Source of the DNA: Methylotenera sp.
GTDB lineage: Bacteria > Pseudomonadota > Gammaproteobacteria > Burkholderiales > Methylophilaceae
NCBI GenBank assembly: GCA_027310735.1
Contig: DAIDAH010000001.1
Location: 1 to 37,894 of the forward strand
Reading direction: 5' to 3'
Length of the DNA stretch: 37,894 nucleotides
Part shown: in pieces, positions 19,609 to 27,814 of the stretch
How the letters are laid out: the number at the start of each line of letters is the position of its first letter
How positions within the stretch are numbered: the stretch's first letter is position 1
Notes under the pieces: model-generated
What the model was told of the DNA's origin: nothing
The model's database searches: none
The model's input: only the letters and a program-made list of their open reading frames with translations
Position numbers and translations under genes: made by a program

Positions 19609-21000
19609 TTGATGAGTTTATTCATTTTTTCAACACTAATCATCAGCATTAGCTTCTTAACGATTCTTGGTTCATGGTACAGCATTCAAGGGCCATTTTT
19701 ACAACATCTTGTCATGTTAATTTCAGTGGCAGTTGCTATATTTTCCGCCGCGATTGTGATTGCGATACAACCATTGTTATCCTCAAGAAAATCGCGCTTA
19801 CAACATGCTCTACCGCATGAAGCTGCATGGGGAAATGAACTATCTACGGTATTAACCACTCCAGCAGCTGTGCTTGATGGTTTTGTCGTCAAGTTTGTTA
19901 ACACTCCTTTTCTTCAAGCACTAGGCATGGTAGGCATGGCAGACCAAGTTCTAGGCATGCCATTTACCAATTTAATACATCCGGCCGACCATACAAACTT
20001 TGCAGAACTCAGTGTAGAAGCTTCTACAGGTAAGACTAAGAATGAGGCGACTAAAATTCGCATGGTGTGCTCAGATGGCAGCACTTTACCTGCGAATAGC
20101 AGCCTGACCCGCCTACGCGAGGATCGCCGAAACAATCTAATGCTTTTCCAGTTCACACCAATCACTACAGTCAACACCTTAAACAACAATTACGAACCAC
20201 AATTCAATTACCATTCCATTATCGAAAAACTTGAAGAAATAGTATTTCAACTAAATGCAGAAGGAAAAATCATCTTTCTTAACTCTGCATGGGAGAGTTT
20301 GCTTGAATTGAAAACTCAAGATTGTCTTGGTAAACCAATTACCGCGTATGCCCACCCCGAGGATAAACCTATGCTAGAAGCCAGACTAGACTCACTAACA
20401 CAAGGTAAAAGAACTAATTGCACGATTGAAACTCGGCTACTTACAGTGCGCGGCGACCCTACTTGGGTAATCCTCCGAGCAAAAACCACAGCAGCTACAA
20501 CATGGGAAAGAACAAGCGTTATTGGCACCATGATTGACAATCAACAAAATAAAGAAGCTGAGGCAGGCATCATTGCTAACCGACGCGCAGCCAACGCCCT
20601 TTTAGCTCATGTTCCAGGCATGGTTTACCGTTGTAGAAATGACCGTTCATGGAACTTTGAGTTTGTAAATGAAGGTTGCATTGATGTCACTGGGTATGAC
20701 TCCCTCGAGTTAATTAACAATCCAAATATTACCTTCAACCACATTATCCATCCTGACGACAGAGAAGCCGTTTGGGAATCTGTCAATCAGCAAATAAACT
20801 GTGGTGAGAAATTTAAGCTGATTTACCGTATCATTACCCGCAAAGGGGAAACCAAACTGGTACAAGAAAATGGTCGCGGTATTTTCTCCAGCACTGGCGA
20901 ATTATTAGCTTTAGAAGGTTTCATTACAGAGATTCCGGACCAGCGCTATAACGTTACCTCCCCATACTCTCAAAACTCAGGTAATAACAGTACAAAATAA
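19609..21000 (+). CDS. Membrane-anchored triple-PAS protein with no output domain
   Basis: Two N-terminal TMs; three PAS repeats with IHPADH, AHPEDK and IHPDDR; ends shortly after LEGFITEI. TTG at 19609 or ATG at 19612. Confidence 0.82.
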   Translation: MMSLFIFSTLIISISFLTILGSWYSIQGPFLQHLVMLISVAVAIFSAAIVIAIQPLLSSRKSRLQHALPHEAAWGNELSTVLTTPAAVLDGFVVKFVNTPFLQALGMVGMADQVLGMPFTNLIHPADHTNFAELSVEASTGKTKNEATKIRMVCSDGSTLPANSSLTRLREDRRNNLMLFQFTPITTVNTLNNNYEPQFNYHSIIEKLEEIVFQLNAEGKIIFLNSAWESLLELKTQDCLGKPITAYAHPEDKPMLEARLDSLTQGKRTNCTIETRLLTVRGDPTWVILRAKTTAATTWERTSVIGTMIDNQQNKEAEAGIIANRRAANALLAHVPGMVYRCRNDRSWNFEFVNEGCIDVTGYDSLELINNPNITFNHIIHPDDREAVWESVNQQINCGEKFKLIYRIITRKGETKLVQENGRGIFSSTGELLALEGFITEIPDQRYNVTSPYSQNSGNNSTK

Positions 21001-21027
21001 ATAGGACGCAATGCGTCCTATTTATTT
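20995..21027. terminator. Bidirectional intrinsic terminator between the convergent PAS gene and porin gene
   Basis: Perfect inverted repeat AAATAAATAGGACGCA-A-TGCGTCCTATTTATTT. Confidence 0.85.
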
Positions 21028-21084
21028 ATTCAACAGTTAAACAACGACTTTCAATGTTAACTGATTCAAGTTTGAACGCGCATA

Positions 21085-21882
21085 TTAAAATGTACGTTTA
21101 ATGTAACCAATTACGCGATCGCCACCGGTTCCCCACCCTTTAGCATCAACATACCAAGCTTTATTTGCATCAGTTGTTGTGTAATTCAAACCGGCATTCC
21201 ATCCTGTACTACCTGCAATTGAAAAGTCCTTGTTTACTCCCACTAGCCAGTCAGTGTAATTACCATCAGAGTAGTTATGTACCGTTTGATGACCTACATG
21301 CAGCGCTAAATTAAGGTCAACCACTGGTAATGGGTAGGCAACGTTAAATTCGGTATAACCAGAACCGCGGGAATCACCTTTTCCACCGAAAGTATTGTTA
21401 ATGCCAAAAAAGTTTGTGACAGCGTACGAATGCTTCAATGTGAAGTATTTGTAGGTTAAAGCAGCGTTAAGCTCTGTGGTATTTGGTGAACCGCCAGTAC
21501 CGCCTGCATGATTAGCATCAGGATAAAAGAATTGTAGAAAACCAACATTCAAACTTAAACTCTCAGTCAATGGTCGCACATATCCACCATAAAGGTCCAA
21601 CTCTACAGTGTTACCATACAAGGCATCCTGTTGTACGTTACTAGCCCAAACTCCGGCATAAAGGCCACTGCTATGTGAGTAGTCGATACCACCCTGCACA
21701 GCACCACGCTCTCTAGTATATGAAATACCACGGAATGTATAGTCGGTAAAAAAACCAATATTAGCTGTAACAGTATGCGGTGAAGCAGGCTGTTCAGTAG
21801 CAACAGTCTCGTCAGCTGCATATACACTAAAAGTAGAAACGAACATACTAGCCAATAACACTGGCTTTATTAAATTTTTCAT
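21085..21882 (-). CDS. TorF / Gcw_chp family putative outer-membrane porin
   Basis: Signal peptide, DY.FRGIS, AVQGGIDY, G.Y.GVW.SN, ELDLYGGY and a C-terminal Phe. Confidence 0.85.
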   Translation of the reverse strand: MKNLIKPVLLASMFVSTFSVYAADETVATEQPASPHTVTANIGFFTDYTFRGISYTRERGAVQGGIDYSHSSGLYAGVWASNVQQDALYGNTVELDLYGGYVRPLTESLSLNVGFLQFFYPDANHAGGTGGSPNTTELNAALTYKYFTLKHSYAVTNFFGINNTFGGKGDSRGSGYTEFNVAYPLPVVDLNLALHVGHQTVHNYSDGNYTDWLVGVNKDFSIAGSTGWNAGLNYTTTDANKAWYVDAKGWGTGGDRVIGYIKRTF

Positions 21883-21995
21883 ACAACCCCCAAAAGTTAA
21901 TTTAAAATCAATTACCTACACTTACATTAAACAACTTAATGCAATCGCTGATTCACTTGACTCAGTATTGTTTAATTCTTTTAAACTCACGCTTT

Positions 21996-23036
21996 TTATT
22001 CTGCATGAGTGCCGACATCTAAAGCTGCGCCATCATCAAACTTAGCAAGCCAATCCACTACCAGTGGATGAAATTTAGTCATGCCTTTGTATTCGATTAA
22101 ATCTGGATGCATTGTTTTCTGCACCCGGTGCAGGCGCTTAGCCCAGCGAGAGTAAGTAGAAAGATCTTTTAGGTTTATTAAATAGCAACGTATGCTAAAC
22201 ATAATTGCATTGCTACGTGGCAGCCTGAACAGAGTCTGCAACTCAACACGCAGATGTACTAGGTCTGACACATTGTCCGCATTGACCGCGTTTCTGTCCC
22301 CTCCCCATTGCGGATAATTCTCCGGCGAGGTATCAAGGCGCGGATTAATTGTCATCGTCCAATTAAGCCTGCGTACCGGGCTACCAAACTGAAGATTCAA
22401 CAGATGCTTTAAAGCGCGATCCATCACACCTAGCTCAGTAGCACGAGGCACTGGGCCGTGCCACTCTCTCCATGACATACCAACGTTAAATGCAAGAGAC
22501 CAGTCTGCCTGACTCGTTACGATGCCAGCGTCGGCAAATAAAGTCTCTTCACGGTGATCAAGCAACACAAAATCGCCCTGAACTTGCCTGCCCATATAGT
22601 CGAACGGTTCCATTGCCAAAGTTGAACTGTCGCCAAATGTGAAAGTATCTTTAATGCCTAATGGCTTATTTTCCCAAGTCCATACCGATCCATTTTTATT
22701 TAAAGAAAAATGCTGTGGGTAGTCCTGAGATAAAGATTCCATAGTCAACTCTAAGAAATCCCATTGCGCATCCATCATGTGTGGCAGAGCCTGATATCGA
22801 CCAGGATCTTGCTCAAGTGTGATTTTCTTATCAAGACATTCAGCCACATAGTGCTCATCTACATCAAACGTAAACTCACATACAGAGCCAACTTTCCCTT
22901 TAACATGCGGCTCGATATTCACCGAGTACATATACTGATCCTCAGGAAAAGGAAAAGGGAATCGTTTGATTGCCTCGGCAGAGTTACTGTAGGTATAGTC
23001 TTCTCGGAAAGTTTCTTTCTTGAACGTAGATGCCAT
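21996..23036 (-). CDS. dmmC: Dimethylamine monooxygenase haem subunit (DUF3445 / haem-dependent oxidative N-demethylase alpha)
   Basis: ETFREDYTYSNS.EAI.RFPFPF.ED.YMYSVNIEPH, WHGPVP, RRLNWT and LRVELQ.L.RLPRSN motifs; last gene of dmmDABC. Confidence 0.88.
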   Translation of the reverse strand: MASTFKKETFREDYTYSNSAEAIKRFPFPFPEDQYMYSVNIEPHVKGKVGSVCEFTFDVDEHYVAECLDKKITLEQDPGRYQALPHMMDAQWDFLELTMESLSQDYPQHFSLNKNGSVWTWENKPLGIKDTFTFGDSSTLAMEPFDYMGRQVQGDFVLLDHREETLFADAGIVTSQADWSLAFNVGMSWREWHGPVPRATELGVMDRALKHLLNLQFGSPVRRLNWTMTINPRLDTSPENYPQWGGDRNAVNADNVSDLVHLRVELQTLFRLPRSNAIMFSIRCYLINLKDLSTYSRWAKRLHRVQKTMHPDLIEYKGMTKFHPLVVDWLAKFDDGAALDVGTHAE

Positions 23037-23136
23037 AATATTTACCTTTTATTGCCGTTTCAAAATTTCTTAAATAGTGAAATAACGTCGATTAATCAAT
23101 AAAGTCTGATTATTGATTTCGCCTGTTATTACCAAG

Positions 23137-24090
23137 CTAAAGATCGAGCAACAAACGCTTGCCGTTTGCCCGAGATACGCAAGGCATAATCTTTTTACAC
23201 GATACTTTTTCTGAGTCTGTCAAAAAGTGGTCATTGTGTAAAATTGCACCATCAGTCTCCAGCACTTGCAGCTCACACCTGCCGCAAACACCACCGCGAC
23301 ATAAATAATCAGCTTCCACACCTGCAGCTTCTATTGCTTCCAACATGCTCATATCTGCTGGAACCTGAATTTCAATATTGGATTTAGCCAGCTGAATATT
23401 GAACGGCTCACCTACAGGAGGTGAAAGAAACTGTTCGTTATGGATATGTCTTTCCGGCCACCCTAGATTTCGAGCAGTCTCTAAAACAACTGTGACCATA
23501 GAACTAGGCCCGCACACATACACATGTGTGCCTAATGGCTGATCACCTAGTAAGGCTTTAAAGTCTAGTTGTTCACCTTGACTATCTATATAGCAATGCA
23601 AACGACTACTGCAGCTTTTCTTTAGTTGCTCAACAAAAGCACCATGCTCTGGTGAGCGGAATGCGTAGTGCATCTCATAGTCAGCTCCTAATCTATTAAG
23701 GTCTGCAATTTGCGACATAAACGGAGTAATGCCAATACCGCCAGCAATTAAGATATGCTTATGCCCTTTTTTTGCTAATGAAAACAGATTAACTGGGTAT
23801 GTAATCTTAATGGGCATACCGACAGTGACATGCTCATGCATAAATACCGACCCGCCTCTAGAGTTCTCTTGTTTACGCACAGAAATATGATATGCGTCTG
23901 TAGCTTCAGGTGAGCCCATCAGAGAGTAAGGGTTGCGATGTACCCGTCCACCAATATCCATTGATACCACTACATGGCTACCACCTGAAAAGGGCGGCAA
24001 TTTAGAGCCATCTTCTTTTACAAAAGTAAAGTGCTTAACTAATGGCGTTACCTGCTCAACGGCAGCAACTATTGCATTTATCATGCTCAT
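23137..24090 (-). CDS. dmmB: Dimethylamine monooxygenase reductase (PDR/VanB family, flavin plus [2Fe-2S])
   Basis: RNPYSL, SRGGS, AGGIGITP, YVCGP and C-terminal CRGGVCGRC...PC; ATGA overlap with dmmA. Confidence 0.88.
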   Translation of the reverse strand: MSMINAIVAAVEQVTPLVKHFTFVKEDGSKLPPFSGGSHVVVSMDIGGRVHRNPYSLMGSPEATDAYHISVRKQENSRGGSVFMHEHVTVGMPIKITYPVNLFSLAKKGHKHILIAGGIGITPFMSQIADLNRLGADYEMHYAFRSPEHGAFVEQLKKSCSSRLHCYIDSQGEQLDFKALLGDQPLGTHVYVCGPSSMVTVVLETARNLGWPERHIHNEQFLSPPVGEPFNIQLAKSNIEIQVPADMSMLEAIEAAGVEADYLCRGGVCGRCELQVLETDGAILHNDHFLTDSEKVSCKKIMPCVSRANGKRLLLDL

Positions 24091-24689
24091 GGATATATCT
24101 CCTCAATCTCTGGTAATTGGCCTGGAGATTCCGCATCAACCATCAATCCCATATAGGCACCCAAATGGCGTGAGAAATGATCGCGCACAAACAACATACG
24201 TTCACAACTTGAGCACTTACCAATGTTAGTAGTGATGTTGTGCGTAATAGCCTTGCAATGTACGCAATAAATAGACCGTGCCAGCGTACCGGTCAACTCT
24301 TTCATAATGTCAGCATCTTCAATGCCAAATTCTTTAACTGCCTCAGCTACAGCCCAGATAAAGCCTTCAGAACCAGCCACATAAATACGTAAACCCATCC
24401 GTTTGGTCGGCATAATCCTTTTTAATAGACTCACCACCTCTTGCTCTGACTTCAACAAATGCAAATCTTCAGGCACAACTTTTTTTAGCGTGATCGCAAA
24501 ATTTGCATCAATATCTGAGTGCTCATAGAGCGTCGTGACTGGCTGTTGCGGGTGCATTTGTTGAAATAACTTGATCGCCGCCAACCCACCCTGACCTTGT
24601 GCCACGACCAAATGTGAGGTTGCCTTTTCATGCCAAACTAAGGAAGTGTAAATAGGCTTACTTTTAATCCAATATCCGCGCTCCATCAT
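24087..24689 (-). CDS. dmmA: Dimethylamine monooxygenase subunit DmmA
   Basis: IKSKP.Y, MGLRIYVAGSEGFI, CVHCK...CSSC...VRDHFSR.LGAYMG; translationally coupled to dmmD and dmmB. Confidence 0.88.
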   Translation of the reverse strand: MMERGYWIKSKPIYTSLVWHEKATSHLVVAQGQGGLAAIKLFQQMHPQQPVTTLYEHSDIDANFAITLKKVVPEDLHLLKSEQEVVSLLKRIMPTKRMGLRIYVAGSEGFIWAVAEAVKEFGIEDADIMKELTGTLARSIYCVHCKAITHNITTNIGKCSSCERMLFVRDHFSRHLGAYMGLMVDAESPGQLPEIEEIYP

Positions 24690-25807
24690 TAGCCCCTTAT
24701 TTTTTCTGGATTAGTACGTATGCGCATCGGATCATAAAATGGCGTCTGCGCTACTCGCGCCTCACATACTCCAGCGCGCCCATCCACTTCAACCAAGGTA
24801 CCAATTGCGCTATATTCCGGTTTGACATGGGCTAATGCCAATGAAAGCATTAGATAGTTACTGTAACTACTGCTTGTTATCACACCAATCTCAACACCGT
24901 TTTTCATTACTTTTGCGCCAGCTTCTACAGCATTTGCACTGGTACAAATCAATCCAACTTGAAGCACTCGAGCACGCTCACGCAACTTCAACACAGCCTC
25001 TTTGCCGGTGTAATCCGCCTTCTTATTTACGTCTACAGCCCAACCAAGACCTGCTTCCCACGGAGTGGTATCACCTTCAGGCATTTCAAATGGAAAAAAC
25101 TGCAATGCACCCTCAACACGCATTAACTCCAGACAGTTCCATGATGCCGGAATGGCGCCAAGCGGCTTACCAACCTCAAGAATATTATCCCAAAGCGTGA
25201 GCATGTTTTTTGAAGCAGCATAGATCTCATAACCACGCTCTGCCGCATAACCACCACGCCCTATCATCACATCAATGCCAAACAAAGTGGTTTTGACACA
25301 ATTGAAATAGGGCAAGTCAGCCAGCTTACAATTAACGTGCGGTGATAATATTTCTAGCGACTTTGGTCCTTGCAGCGAAATAACATGCGTGTCTGTATCT
25401 TGCTCAACTTTAATATTCTTACCGACAGCTAATAGCTGTAAATTCTGAAGTGTTTTGCCGCTACCATGTGAAACCATAAAAGCATTTGCAGCTTCACGAA
25501 CGATCATAATGTCGTCGCATAATGCACCGACTTCATTCAACTCAGCTGCAATCATGGCCGCGTTAACTTTTAGCGCAGTAACATCTCTTGCAACCAATGT
25601 ATTAAGTACACTTTCAGCATCAGGCCCAGTCACATTTACAAGGTTGAGCGCAGACACATCGAACAAACCAGCGCAGCTGCGCACGGCAAACACTTCATCA
25701 TTAGCATCCGTGCTGTAACTCCAAGGCACAGGCATATCATTCCAAGTATCGCCATCCAAACCTGATCCAAGCGTAATATGCCTGCCGTTAAGTACTGAAT
25801 TTCGCAT
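24689..25807 (-). CDS. dmmD: GcvT-like aminomethyltransferase family (THF-binding) subunit DmmD
   Basis: GLFDVS, DDIMI, SLQGPKS, GY..ERGYEI and PFYDP GcvT-family motifs; first gene of the dmm operon. Confidence 0.85.
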   Translation of the reverse strand: MRNSVLNGRHITLGSGLDGDTWNDMPVPWSYSTDANDEVFAVRSCAGLFDVSALNLVNVTGPDAESVLNTLVARDVTALKVNAAMIAAELNEVGALCDDIMIVREAANAFMVSHGSGKTLQNLQLLAVGKNIKVEQDTDTHVISLQGPKSLEILSPHVNCKLADLPYFNCVKTTLFGIDVMIGRGGYAAERGYEIYAASKNMLTLWDNILEVGKPLGAIPASWNCLELMRVEGALQFFPFEMPEGDTTPWEAGLGWAVDVNKKADYTGKEAVLKLRERARVLQVGLICTSANAVEAGAKVMKNGVEIGVITSSSYSNYLMLSLALAHVKPEYSAIGTLVEVDGRAGVCEARVAQTPFYDPMRIRTNPEKIRG

Positions 25808-25865
25808 TTTCTTCCCAAGTCATCCGACGTAATTTTTTAAAAACATCTTTTACAATATGGTTTAC

Positions 25866-25953
25866 ATACTATCGGAATAGAAAAACGTCGAAAATTCTCT
25901 TGAAGGTGTACTACCAAAGAGGTATTAAAAGTGGTATTAAAGGGTGTGGCACA
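25866..25953 (-). promoter_or_regulatory. dmmDABC promoter with NarL-type 7-2-7 box and predicted -35/-10
   Basis: Minus strand: TACCTCT-TT-GGTAGTA (25924-25909), 14 nt, TTTTCG, 17 nt, TAGTAT (25871-25866); extra heptamer in a 12-bp direct repeat at 25918-25941. Confidence 0.7.
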
Positions 25954-25991
25954 AAAAAATAGTGTGAACCACAATCATATGATTCACACTA
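25953..25991 (-). terminator. Intrinsic terminator after etfA
   Basis: Inverted repeat TAGTGTGAA...TTCACACTA followed on the minus strand by T7. Confidence 0.75.
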
Positions 25992-26007
25992 CATTGACTA
26001 ATACTTC

Positions 26008-26973
26008 TTAAGCCGCAAGCTGGTTTTTCAACTCTTCTTCCATCTCAAAAATATCAGCCACTATCCCGTACTTGGCGATGGTAAAGATTGAAGCACCTGG
26101 GTCAGTATTCACGGCGATAATAGTCGGCACATGCTTCATACCAGCCATATGCTGAATCGATCCCGAAATACCCAGCGCAACGTAAAGTTTGCATGAACCA
26201 ACCACTTTGCCAGATTGCCCGACTTGTCTTGATTTAGGCAGCCACCCAGCATCCGCAATAGGTCGTGAGCAACATAAGGTTGCACCTGCCGTTTCAGCAA
26301 GTTCACGGAACTGTTCAACATTGGTTTCTTCGCCAATGCCGCGACCGATAGACACAATAAAATCAACCGCGGTAATGTCTACATCATTAGCGCCACCGGG
26401 CTCGATAAACTCTTTATTCTGGCTACGAGACTGCACTACAGGTAAATCAAAACTACTTACAGATGGATTAGCCGCGCCTTCAAGGACTTTGAACACACTA
26501 GTACGTAGCGTCAACACAACGGTAGATTTACCTGGAAAATCCACTTCAACATTCACTTTTTGGTTATAACCGCCACGAGTCGCTACTAACTCATCACCTT
26601 GATATTCGGCAATAAATACATCCGTAGCATAGCCATAACCGGCTTTACTTGCCAAAGTCGCAGCATAACCTAGGGCATCAACAGAATGCGGTAGTAACAC
26701 TACGGCGGGGTTCTTTGCTGTAATTAATGCTGAAACGGCTGACTCAAAAATATCAGGATCAAAATCAGCAATTGGCGTTTGCACTACAATCACTTCATCT
26801 ACACCTGCAACTGACAATGCCGGCACAAAAGATTCAGCCTGACTGCCGATGACAGCTACCAGTACCTTATCATCTACTGATTTCTTTAATCCGTATGCCG
26901 CAGCAATAAGCTCTAAACTCACTGGACGCAACTCATTGCGACGATGCTCCGCAATTACTAAAATAGTGCTCAT
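26008..26973 (-). CDS. etfA: Electron transfer flavoprotein alpha subunit (TMADH-partner type)
   Basis: SIGRGI, CCSRPIAD, RQVGQSGK, GISGSIQHMAGM and AVNTD motifs; closely matches recalled M. methylotrophus ETF alpha. Confidence 0.96.
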   Translation of the reverse strand: MSTILVIAEHRRNELRPVSLELIAAAYGLKKSVDDKVLVAVIGSQAESFVPALSVAGVDEVIVVQTPIADFDPDIFESAVSALITAKNPAVVLLPHSVDALGYAATLASKAGYGYATDVFIAEYQGDELVATRGGYNQKVNVEVDFPGKSTVVLTLRTSVFKVLEGAANPSVSSFDLPVVQSRSQNKEFIEPGGANDVDITAVDFIVSIGRGIGEETNVEQFRELAETAGATLCCSRPIADAGWLPKSRQVGQSGKVVGSCKLYVALGISGSIQHMAGMKHVPTIIAVNTDPGASIFTIAKYGIVADIFEMEEELKNQLAA

Positions 26974-26975
26974 GC

Positions 26976-27770
26976 TTATGCTCCCTTAAATTCGTTAATA
27001 ATCTGGATGATTTTGGCTGCTTGCTCTGCCAGCGAACCTTCAATCATTTCTGCGCGACCTTTTTCTGGGATATACATGCGGCGTACACGTGACATTGAAT
27101 TTCCGGCGCCAACATCACCAGTTGACAGGCCAACATCTGCCAGTGAAAGCTCTTCAATAGGCTTGGCAGCGGCTTGCTTGATACCTCGTAGCGATGCATA
27201 CCGTGGCTTATTAATGCCAAGCTGTATGGTTAATACCGCAGGGCAATTAATTTCAACCTCTTGCAACATGCCGCCTTCAAGCTCACGACGAACCACAGCT
27301 TGACTAGCGCCGGGCTGATATTTAAAATCCGCGACGACTGCCGCATGTGGCCAGTTCAAATAAGCTGCGGTAGAGATACCTGTTGAGGCATAGGAGTGAT
27401 CAGATGACTGTACGCCGGCAAAAACAAGATCTGGCGCTTCTTTTTTGGCAACAGCGGCTAAAATTTTACCAATAGCTATTGCATCAGAACCCTCAATACT
27501 GTCATCCCAAACTCTAATTGCGCGGTCTGCGCCTTTAGCCAGACATTTACGCAAACTTTCATCCACGCGATCAGGTCCAATAGAAACTACAACGACTTCA
27601 ACCTCAGAGTCACTGGACTCTTTGATTTTCATTGCTTCTTCAAGTGAAAAATCATCCCACTCATTCAAGTCATACAGCAGGAAGTCTTCGTCTACATCTT
27701 TTTCATCAGCACGGATTTCAAAATCCTCATCTAATGCTGCGACTTGTTTTACTGCTATCAATATCTTCAT
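26976..27770 (-). CDS. etfB: Electron transfer flavoprotein beta subunit
   Basis: MKILIAVKQV, LNEWDDFSLEEA, GADRA, RRELEGG and INKPRYASLRGI; closely matches recalled M. methylotrophus ETF beta. Confidence 0.96.
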   Translation of the reverse strand: MKILIAVKQVAALDEDFEIRADEKDVDEDFLLYDLNEWDDFSLEEAMKIKESSDSEVEVVVVSIGPDRVDESLRKCLAKGADRAIRVWDDSIEGSDAIAIGKILAAVAKKEAPDLVFAGVQSSDHSYASTGISTAAYLNWPHAAVVADFKYQPGASQAVVRRELEGGMLQEVEINCPAVLTIQLGINKPRYASLRGIKQAAAKPIEELSLADVGLSTGDVGAGNSMSRVRRMYIPEKGRAEMIEGSLAEQAAKIIQIINEFKGA

Positions 27771-27814
27771 ATCTTCTATCTCCTAATAACTTCAATACTT
27801 ACCATCATTGTTAA

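Noticed and set aside
24689-25807. Glycine cleavage T protein (gcvT)
   Set aside because: No gcvH or gcvP nearby; the gene is coupled to dmmA, so a DmmD-type role fits better.
25946-25965. Sigma-54 promoter from TGGCAC (also 35842-35861 on the minus strand)
   Set aside because: No TTGC -12 element at the required spacing in either case.
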